A DNA stretch of 25,559 bases from an uncultured Phycisphaeraceae bacterium (GTDB lineage Bacteria; Planctomycetota; Phycisphaerae; UBA1845), in assembly GCA_964574925.1 (NCBI GenBank), contig CAZNQN010000001.1, forward strand, positions 1 to 25,559, in the 5' to 3' direction. Positions 18,360 to 25,559 of the stretch are shown in pieces. Position 1 is the stretch's first letter. Every line of letters starts with the position of its first letter. Position numbers and translations under genes: made by a program. A model generated the notes under the pieces. The model did no database searches. It was not told the origin of the DNA and was given only the letters and a program-made list of their open reading frames with translations.

Positions 18360-21359
18360 ATGGACATCAAGCAAGTCCGAGTGATGAAGGCGGTGCTCCT
18401 GGTCAGCTCGCTGGCGTCGCTGCTGGTGCTGGCGACGGCGGCCTATCAGGAGAACCTCACCGGGGAATGGCGCGACGCCCAACGCGCCTACAAGAAGCTG
18501 CTGCTGGAGACGGCGCCGGACGACAACGCCCGCAGGGTGGCCGCCTCGTTCCGCATCGAGCCGCGACAGCTCTATCTCCCGGAGCTGGGTCGGATCGACC
18601 GGTGCACGACGTGCCATCTGGGAGTGGAGAATCCCGCCGCCGGAGACGCCGATCCGCCGCTGGGCAGGCACCCGGGCGAGTGGCTCGTCCAGCATCCGCC
18701 GGAGAAGTTCGGCTGCACGATCTGTCACGAGGGGCGCGGACGGGCCACGGTGCGGGAACTGGCGCACGGCTGGGACGAACACGGCGAGGCGGTGCCCTTT
18801 GTGGAAAGGCCGCTGCTGCGCGGCGACGCGGTCTATACGAGTTGCGGGCGCTGCCACGCGGAAATCGATCTGTTCGGTGGGGAGGCGGATCTGTTCGCAG
18901 GCGGGGCGAGCGGAACGAAACTGGTGGCCGCCGTCACGGAGGAATCGCTTCACCGGACGCTGCCCGGGGCGGATCGTCTGGCGCGGGGGAAGCGTCTCAC
19001 GGCGGAACTGGGTTGCCTGGGCTGTCACAAGTATCGCGGTCGCGGCGGCACGCTGGGACCGGACCTGACCTACGTCGGCGACAAAGGCAAACACCAGTTC
19101 GATTTCACGCATGTGAAGGGGGAGCACACCGTCGAACAGTGGCTCTTCGAGCATTTCAAGACGCCGCGGGAGATTTCGCCCAACACCGTCATGCCCGACA
19201 TGGGGCTTTCCGATGACGAGGCGCGCGATCTGGCGCTGTACATGATGAGCCTGCATCGCAAGACGGCGCCGGCGAGTCATATGCCGCCCCCGCCGAAGCA
19301 TGTGGCCTCGGCGGAACCTGTCCGGGGGGAAACGCTCTACAAGATGTTCTGCTCCGCCTGTCACGGGGCGGACGGGTCCGGCACGACGATGCGGGAGGGG
19401 TTGTGGCCGATCGGTGCCGATCCCTGGGGACGGGACTGGGATGCAAAGTCGGTCGTGGTCCAGCGACGCGGCAGCCTGGAGGTGATGGTTCCCTCGCTGC
19501 ACCACGACGACACGCTGGCGACCGTCAGCGACGAGTATCTCTACGCGATCATCGCGGGCGGGCGTCCGGGGACGAAGATGCCGGCATGGGCGGACGAGGG
19601 CGGCCTCAGCGACGATGAGATCACGTTGCTCGTCTCCTTCCTGCGCCGGTGGCAGGAGCCGCCGCCCGATCGGGCGGGCGTTTCGGCCAAGCGGGGCGAT
19701 CCGCGCGTCGGGGCCGCCCTGTATCGGGCCAACTGCGCCGCCTGCCACGGCGTCCGCGGCGAGGGCGGGATCGGCGTCTCGCTCAATTCCCCGACGTTCC
19801 TCGCCGTGGCATCGGATGAATTTCTCCGCGACACGATCGTGTATGGTCGGCCCAATACGGCGATGCCCGCCTGGCGGCAGTTCGACGCCCAGGAATTGAG
19901 CGATCTGCTGGCGTACATCCGCACCTGGCAGCCGCAACGCAGCACGCCGGAAAAGACGCTCGCGCTGCTGAAGAACGGTGAGGAGGCGGGCGTTTCGGCG
20001 CGGATCGGCCGGATCCTCTACGATGCGAACTGCGCCACCTGTCACGGGCCGGACGGCGGCGGCGACCTTGGACCGTCGCTGAATACGCAGGCGTTCCTGA
20101 CGGTCGTGCCGGATCGGTATCTGGTGGAGACGCTCATCCGCGGTCGGCCGGGAACGGGTATGCCGAGCTGGCGGCACCTCTCCGACGAGGATGTCGCCTC
20201 GCTGGTGCGTTACATCCGGACGTGGCAGCGGAAGCCGTCGAAACCGGACGACTGGTACGCGCAGACGGTGCCGCGCGGTGACTGGGACGCAGGGCGAAGT
20301 CTCTTCCACGGTCAGTGTGCGTCCTGCCACGGGCAGGAGGCGGAAGGGGCATCCGGGCCGCAGCTCGCCAACCCCGTTTTTCTCGACCTCGCCTCCGATG
20401 TCATGCTGCGCGAGTGGATCCGCAACGGCAAGGAGGGAACGGAGATGCGCCCGTTCCGCAAGGGCGGACAGGGCGTCGCGGAACTCTCCGATCGCCAGAT
20501 CGAGGACATCATCGCCTACCTTCGCTTCCTGGGCCGATCCGGAGAAGGCGCGGTGAGCCGTGTGGCCAAGTCGCCGTTCGGTCGCCCGGAAAAGGGAGCG
20601 GTGGTCTACGCGGCGAACTGCACCGGATGTCACGGTCCGCGGGGCGAGGGCGCGAGCGGTCCGGCGCTGTCCAATCCCAATTTCCTGCGCTTTGCTTCCG
20701 ACGGGTTTCTGATGGCGACGATGGCCATCGGGCGACGGGGCACGGAAATGCGCCCGGTCAAGCGCGGACCGCAATCCATTCTCGGACTGAGCAGCGACGA
20801 GATACACGATCTGGTCGCCTATCTGCGCTCCTGGGAGTACGCCCCGCCGTTTCCGCGGGTGACGGGCGGATCACCGAAGGCGGCCGTGCCACATCGTTTC
20901 GTTGTGCCGTGGAACCTGAAACGGGGGCAGAGGCTGTTCCGTTCCTTCTGTGCCGGTTGCCACGGCAAGGAGGGGAAAGGTTCCTGGGCGCCGGAACTGA
21001 ACAACGAGGGGTTCCTCTCGGCGGCCACCGACGGGTTCCTTCAGGCGACGATCATCCGCGGTCGCAAGGGCACGGCCATGCGCCCCTTCGGACGTGGGGC
21101 CAACGGGCTGAGCGATCTGACCATGCAGGACGTGGACGACATCGTGGCGTACATCCGGAGCTGGTCGGGCTCGACGCCTTCCCCGATGACGCTGCCGGCC
21201 GAGCGCTCGCTGCAATGGCCGGATACCGAAGAGGTGACACAAGGTCGGGCGCCGGAGACGGAGGGCGCGCCGGTCGGCGCCGTTGCTGAGGATGAATCGC
21301 GTCGCTCGCCGCCGGCCGTGGCGACGGCGACTGTTCGTGCAAGGAGATCGAAACGATGA
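18360..21359 (+). CDS. Membrane-anchored modular decaheme cytochrome c (999 aa)
   Basis: N-terminal TM/signal and ten CxxCH motifs: CTTCH, CTICH, CGRCH, CLGCH, CSACH, CAACH, CATCH, CASCH, CTGCH, CAGCH. The last seven are in class I domains with a distal MP/MRP Met. Start placed at the ATG at 18360, after AAGGA. Confidence 0.92.
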   Translation: MDIKQVRVMKAVLLVSSLASLLVLATAAYQENLTGEWRDAQRAYKKLLLETAPDDNARRVAASFRIEPRQLYLPELGRIDRCTTCHLGVENPAAGDADPPLGRHPGEWLVQHPPEKFGCTICHEGRGRATVRELAHGWDEHGEAVPFVERPLLRGDAVYTSCGRCHAEIDLFGGEADLFAGGASGTKLVAAVTEESLHRTLPGADRLARGKRLTAELGCLGCHKYRGRGGTLGPDLTYVGDKGKHQFDFTHVKGEHTVEQWLFEHFKTPREISPNTVMPDMGLSDDEARDLALYMMSLHRKTAPASHMPPPPKHVASAEPVRGETLYKMFCSACHGADGSGTTMREGLWPIGADPWGRDWDAKSVVVQRRGSLEVMVPSLHHDDTLATVSDEYLYAIIAGGRPGTKMPAWADEGGLSDDEITLLVSFLRRWQEPPPDRAGVSAKRGDPRVGAALYRANCAACHGVRGEGGIGVSLNSPTFLAVASDEFLRDTIVYGRPNTAMPAWRQFDAQELSDLLAYIRTWQPQRSTPEKTLALLKNGEEAGVSARIGRILYDANCATCHGPDGGGDLGPSLNTQAFLTVVPDRYLVETLIRGRPGTGMPSWRHLSDEDVASLVRYIRTWQRKPSKPDDWYAQTVPRGDWDAGRSLFHGQCASCHGQEAEGASGPQLANPVFLDLASDVMLREWIRNGKEGTEMRPFRKGGQGVAELSDRQIEDIIAYLRFLGRSGEGAVSRVAKSPFGRPEKGAVVYAANCTGCHGPRGEGASGPALSNPNFLRFASDGFLMATMAIGRRGTEMRPVKRGPQSILGLSSDEIHDLVAYLRSWEYAPPFPRVTGGSPKAAVPHRFVVPWNLKRGQRLFRSFCAGCHGKEGKGSWAPELNNEGFLSAATDGFLQATIIRGRKGTAMRPFGRGANGLSDLTMQDVDDIVAYIRSWSGSTPSPMTLPAERSLQWPDTEEVTQGRAPETEGAPVGAVAEDESRRSPPAVATATVRARRSKR

Positions 21360-24157
21360 GTGACAAACCCATGACCGTACTGGATCCGGACGGTCTTCCC
21401 GCGGAATGCACGTTCCACCGGGCGGTCAAGAACGCCTGCGGATTCGACCGGCGGGCGTTCATGCGGATGGCCGCCGGGACCGGCGCCGCCGTGGCGGCGA
21501 CCAGTCTTCTGCCGGACGAATTCGTCGTGGCCCGCGCCGCGCCCACGCCGGGCGTCGACGACGGACGGGGGATGCGCCTGCTCCAGGCGGCCTGTCCGTA
21601 TTGCGGGGTGGGCTGCGGGACGCTGATCAAGGTGGAAAACGGACGGGTCGTCGGCATGGTCCCCGACAAGAAGCATCCCACCAACCGGGGCATCCAGTGC
21701 ATCAAGGGACTCAACGCCCATGAGCCCATCTACAAGGACCGGCTCACGAAGGTGCTCATCCGCCGCGACATGAGCGATCCGCTCCGCGGGCACGTCTCGG
21801 CCACCAAGGGACGCTTCGACGACGACGTGTTCCGCGAGGCGACCTACGAAGAGGCTGAGGAGATCGTCGCCGACCGCATCGCCGAGCTGGTCAAGGAGCG
21901 CGGACCGAACGTGATCGGCCTGAACGGCTCCGGTCAGCTCACCATGGAGGCGCAGTGGATCGAGAACCTGCTGATGAAGGGCGTGCTGGGGAGCAACTCG
22001 ATCGAGGCCAACGCCCGCATGTGCATGACCTCGGCGGTCACGGGGTATTTCTACTCCTACGGCTCCGACGCGCCGCCCACCAGCTACGAGGACATCGAGG
22101 AGGCCGACTTCATCACCTTCTGGGGACACAACGCCCGCGAGGCGCACCCGATTCTGTTCTGGCGGGTGGCGGACCACAAGGCCCGCAACGACATCCCCAC
22201 CTGCGTATCCGATCCGCGCCGCACGGGGACGGTTGTCGGACTCGAAGACATCAATCCGCGGAACAGCTATCACATCCAGACGCTCAACGGCGACATCAGC
22301 TACCTCAACGCCATCGCCTATCTGCTCATGAAGCGGTATCCGCGGGCGTGCATGCCGGAAGCATGGCTGGAGAAGAACACCAACGGGTGGAAGGATTACC
22401 GCGACGGTGTTTTGCAACGGTACTCGCCGGAGCAGGTGGTCGAGCGGCTCAAGCCGATCGACCAGGGGCGGGTGACGGTGGAACTGCTGGAAAACGTCGC
22501 CCGCACCTGGGCAGAAGCGTCGATCCGCGGGCGGGAGCGCGGGCGGGGCGGCGTGCTGAGCTTCTGGGGCCTCGGATACAACCAGATGCTCCACGGGCAG
22601 CACAACACCATCAGCATCATCAACCTGCATCTGCTGACGGGGAACGTGGGCCGACCCGGATGCGGCAGCCACTCCCAGACCGGTCAACCCAACGCGATGA
22701 GCGAGCGGTTGATGGGCGGACTCACCGGAAGACTGCCGTTCAATCAACCTCTCAAGAACGCCGCCTGGCGGGACCACATCGCCGACGCGTGGCGCATTCC
22801 GCGGGAGCGGCTCGCCCAGACGAGTCTGCTTCCCAACCCGGGCATGGTCCTCGGCATGATGGAGCGGGCGCTGAAGGGCGGGCTGGACGCCATGTTCTGG
22901 ATGTACACGACGCACGTCCATCTGCCCGATTTGAAGAACCTGGTGCGCCCCGCGATGACCCGCATGTTCTGCGTCGTGCAGGAAATCTATCGCCACGCGC
23001 CCAACAACCTCTATGCGGACGTCATCTTTCCCGCCGCCACCTGGGGAGAGTGGACCGGCGGCACCTACATCCAGTCCGAGCGGCGGGTGTACGTCTGCGA
23101 CGGGACGGCCAACCCGCCGCCCAACTGCCGACCCGACATGGACATGGCCATCGACAAGGGCAAGGCGCTCGCCAAGCGGCTGGGGCTCGATCCGGACACG
23201 ATCTTCCCCTACGAAAAGAAGATCAAGATGGGCAACGGGATCATGGCCTACGATCCGGAGGACGTGTTCCGGGACATCGTCACCGCCAGCAAGGGATCGG
23301 ACGCCGACATGAGCGGCATGTTGGAAGTGGAAGCACGGGACGGCATTTCACTCTACGACCAGCTTCGCACCCTGCGGGGCGTTCAATGGCCGGCGCCGAC
23401 CTACGAGATCGCCAAGAAAGGCGGCACGCCGCGGCGCTACCTCGGGCAGGAAGGCTGGGCGGGCAAACCCTACGGCGCGTTCCGCCACAAGGACGGCAAG
23501 GCCCGCTTCAAGCTCTGCGAGCAGGATTACACCAAGCTCAAGGAAATCACCTCCAAGCTGATGACCTACGGCAACAAGCGGCGTCCGGGGGAAGGACCGT
23601 TCCTGATCGACGATCTCTATACCGACGGTCCCAACAAGGGCAGGCCGAAGATTCTGGTCGCCGCCCGCGACGCGGGTGTGACGCCGGAACTGCCCGATCT
23701 CGATGCCTACCGCGATCCGTCGCTGACCCTGAAGGATTTCCAGGAGCGCGATCTGTATCCGTTCTGGCTGGGACTGGGCGTGGTGTACGAACACTTCCAC
23801 ACCGCCAAGACCATCCGCGGGGCCACGACGCGCAAGCTCGTGCCCGAACAGTACGTCGAGGTCAACTCGGAGGACGCGAAGCGGTTCGGTCTCAAGGACG
23901 GGCAGCGGGTGCGGCTGGTGACCCGTCGCGGCTCGTACGAGGCGCGGGTTTCCGTCGGGCAGACGAGCATGATTCGTCCGGCCCGCAACCAGACCTTCCC
24001 CGGATACCTGTTCAGTCCGTGGAACCTGTCGGTGGCGGACAGCGCCGACCCGCGGAAGAACAAGTGGCTGGTCAATGCGACGAGCCACCGGGCGTGGGAT
24101 CCGGTCAGCGGTCAGTGCGACTACAAGAAACTGGCCGCCAGGATCGAGCCGCTGTGA
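21356..24157 (+). CDS. Tat-exported Mo-bisPGD oxidoreductase of the nitrate reductase (NapA/NasA/NarB) clade, divergent (933 aa)
   Basis: DRRAFM Tat motif; CPYCGVGC...CIKG [4Fe-4S]; Mo-ligand region NARMCMTSAV (Cys-Met, not the Cys/Sec-His of formate dehydrogenases); GSDAPPTSYEDIE; GQPNAM; EHFHT. ATGA overlap with the cytochrome c gene. Confidence 0.88.
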   Translation: MSDKPMTVLDPDGLPAECTFHRAVKNACGFDRRAFMRMAAGTGAAVAATSLLPDEFVVARAAPTPGVDDGRGMRLLQAACPYCGVGCGTLIKVENGRVVGMVPDKKHPTNRGIQCIKGLNAHEPIYKDRLTKVLIRRDMSDPLRGHVSATKGRFDDDVFREATYEEAEEIVADRIAELVKERGPNVIGLNGSGQLTMEAQWIENLLMKGVLGSNSIEANARMCMTSAVTGYFYSYGSDAPPTSYEDIEEADFITFWGHNAREAHPILFWRVADHKARNDIPTCVSDPRRTGTVVGLEDINPRNSYHIQTLNGDISYLNAIAYLLMKRYPRACMPEAWLEKNTNGWKDYRDGVLQRYSPEQVVERLKPIDQGRVTVELLENVARTWAEASIRGRERGRGGVLSFWGLGYNQMLHGQHNTISIINLHLLTGNVGRPGCGSHSQTGQPNAMSERLMGGLTGRLPFNQPLKNAAWRDHIADAWRIPRERLAQTSLLPNPGMVLGMMERALKGGLDAMFWMYTTHVHLPDLKNLVRPAMTRMFCVVQEIYRHAPNNLYADVIFPAATWGEWTGGTYIQSERRVYVCDGTANPPPNCRPDMDMAIDKGKALAKRLGLDPDTIFPYEKKIKMGNGIMAYDPEDVFRDIVTASKGSDADMSGMLEVEARDGISLYDQLRTLRGVQWPAPTYEIAKKGGTPRRYLGQEGWAGKPYGAFRHKDGKARFKLCEQDYTKLKEITSKLMTYGNKRRPGEGPFLIDDLYTDGPNKGRPKILVAARDAGVTPELPDLDAYRDPSLTLKDFQERDLYPFWLGLGVVYEHFHTAKTIRGATTRKLVPEQYVEVNSEDAKRFGLKDGQRVRLVTRRGSYEARVSVGQTSMIRPARNQTFPGYLFSPWNLSVADSADPRKNKWLVNATSHRAWDPVSGQCDYKKLAARIEPL

Positions 24158-24215
24158 TGGAGACGGCGGCGTCTGCGAAGTCACGGGCGGGGGATCAGAC
24201 CGGAGAGGGGATGCC

Positions 24216-24842
24216 ATGAGGGGCGGACAACCCACCCGTCGGGAGTTCGTCAAGCACGCCGCTGTCGTCGGGGCGGCTGTCGGCGGGGGAGTGTATCTGG
24301 CATCCGTCGAGGGAGTCGGTCGAGACGAGGCTGCCGATCCGCCGCCGCTGCGCCCGCCGGGAGCGCTGCCGGAAAGCGCCTTTCTGGCGACGTGCATCCG
24401 CTGCCTGCGCTGCGTGGACGCCTGCCCCAATCATGCCCTGGTGTCGCTGCCGATCGGGACGCCGGGCGGTCAGGGGGGGACGCCGACGTTGAGGCCCCGC
24501 AAAGCGGCCTGCATGTTGTGCGACACCGATGCGGGCGAGTTCCTCAAATGCACCGAGGTCTGCCCCTCGGGGGCGCTTCAGCTCGTCCGCAAGACGAAGG
24601 AGGAGATTCACGAAAAGGTGCACATCGGCGTGGCGGAGATCGATTTCGATCTGTGCTACTCCTACAACAACTGGAGCTGCGGGGCGTGTTTCCGGGCGTG
24701 TCCGCTGGCGGGCGAGGCGCTGACGGTGGGATTGTGGGAACGGCCGACGGTGCATGAGGAGGCCTGCGTGGGGTGCGGTTGTTGCGAGCGGGCGTGCATC
24801 CGCTATCCGCACGCCATTCGGGTCAAGGTGAAAAGCGCATGA
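24216..24842 (+). CDS. NapG/MauM-type 4x[4Fe-4S] ferredoxin, copy 1 (208 aa)
   Basis: Tat motif TRREF; LRPPGALPESAFLATCIRCLRCVDACP; CMLC...CTEVCP; C...CGACFRACP; CVGCGCCERAC. Start moved to the ATG at 24216, after GGAGAGGGG. Confidence 0.9.
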   Translation: MRGGQPTRREFVKHAAVVGAAVGGGVYLASVEGVGRDEAADPPPLRPPGALPESAFLATCIRCLRCVDACPNHALVSLPIGTPGGQGGTPTLRPRKAACMLCDTDAGEFLKCTEVCPSGALQLVRKTKEEIHEKVHIGVAEIDFDLCYSYNNWSCGACFRACPLAGEALTVGLWERPTVHEEACVGCGCCERACIRYPHAIRVKVKSA

Positions 24843-25559
24843 TGGGGTTTTCCCGCCGGGACGTGATTCGTGCCACGGGCGCGGCACTGCTGGTGTCGCT
24901 GCTGGGAAGCGCAGCGCACGCGCTGATGCGGATTCGGAAGGCGAGGTACCCGGCCGTTCGCCGTCCCTACGCCCGTCCGCCGGGTTTGCTGCGCCCGCCC
25001 GGCGCGCTGCCGGAGGAGGATTTTCTGGCGGCGTGCATCCGCTGTTACCGCTGTCAGGACGCTTGCGAACCGGGGGCCATTCAGTTCTTCAGCGAGCGCG
25101 ACGGGCTGTTGTTCCATACCCCCTACGTCGATCCCGCGAAGAAGGGGTGCACGCTGTGCAACCAATGCGGACCGGCGTGTCCGACGGGCGCCCTTGTCCC
25201 GTTTTCGGACAGGTCCGAGGTGGACATGGGTTCGGTGGCGTTGCGGGAGGATCTTTGTCTTTCCCACAAGGCCAAGCGGATCCGGCGGGAACAGGATTTG
25301 CTTGCCCGTCTGGGGCAGCGCCCGACGAGCTCCCAGGCCGTCGTGGAACGGCGCGGGCCGTGCGGCGAATGCTACATGGTCTGCCCGCTGCGGAATCGGG
25401 CCATCAAGCTTGAACCGGGTTCTTTCCTGGCCCCCATCGTGGACCCGCGGGCGTGCGTGGGATGCGGACTGTGCGAGGAGATCTGCCGCACGGTGGTCCG
25501 CGGAGAACCGGCGATCCGCGTCGTGCGGACGCGACGGATGGCGGGAAGCGAGGCACCGG
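24839..25559 (+). CDS. NapG/MauM-type 4x[4Fe-4S] ferredoxin, copy 2 (3'-truncated by the window, missing from the ORF track)
   Basis: Translated by hand from the ATG at 24839 (ATGA overlap): MMGFSRRDVIRATGAALL..LRPPGALPEEDFLAACIRCYRCQDACEP..CTLCNQCGPACP..CLSH..CGECYMVCP..CVGCGLCEEIC. No stop before the window end. Confidence 0.9.
   Translation, partial: MMGFSRRDVIRATGAALLVSLLGSAAHALMRIRKARYPAVRRPYARPPGLLRPPGALPEEDFLAACIRCYRCQDACEPGAIQFFSERDGLLFHTPYVDPAKKGCTLCNQCGPACPTGALVPFSDRSEVDMGSVALREDLCLSHKAKRIRREQDLLARLGQRPTSSQAVVERRGPCGECYMVCPLRNRAIKLEPGSFLAPIVDPRACVGCGLCEEICRTVVRGEPAIRVVRTRRMAGSEAP

Noticed and set aside
21356-24157. Calling the molybdoenzyme a formate dehydrogenase, NarG or arsenite/iodate-type enzyme
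   Set aside because: The ligand motif is Cys-Met (not Cys/Sec-His or Asp), and the N-terminal cluster has the four-Cys [4Fe-4S] pattern of the Nap/Nas clade.

Overview
High-GC bacterial window. The lineage is probably Planctomycetota, inferred from long FlgK/FlgL, a cytochrome b of the anammox/Acidobacteria type and short palindromic repeats; this is not demonstrated. It has three blocks. (1) 32-9650 (+): a flagellar cluster flgH-flgI-flgJ-flgN-flgK-flgL-fliW-csrA-fliC. The flgH-flgI gap holds a cluster of REP-like miniature palindromic elements, including a three-level nested insertion. (2) 9830-13129 (-): a large secreted Asp-box/BNR (VPS10-like) beta-propeller protein. (3) 13729-25559 (+, runs off the window): a compact respiratory operon. 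It encodes an Fe-S-type Rrf2 regulator, a cytoplasmic FAD/Fe-S NAD(P)H oxidoreductase, a Rieske protein, a fused cytochrome b6/subunit IV with extra helices and an APWY Qo motif, a modular 10-heme cytochrome c, a divergent Tat-exported nitrate-reductase-family molybdoenzyme, and two tandem NapG/MauM-type ferredoxins (the second is absent from the ORF track). Block 3 is the best candidate for an undescribed system: a Rieske/cytochrome b plus NAD(H) module wired to a periplasmic Mo-bisPGD reductase, with no napB/napC/napD in view. All calls come from motif reading by eye; no searches were run.
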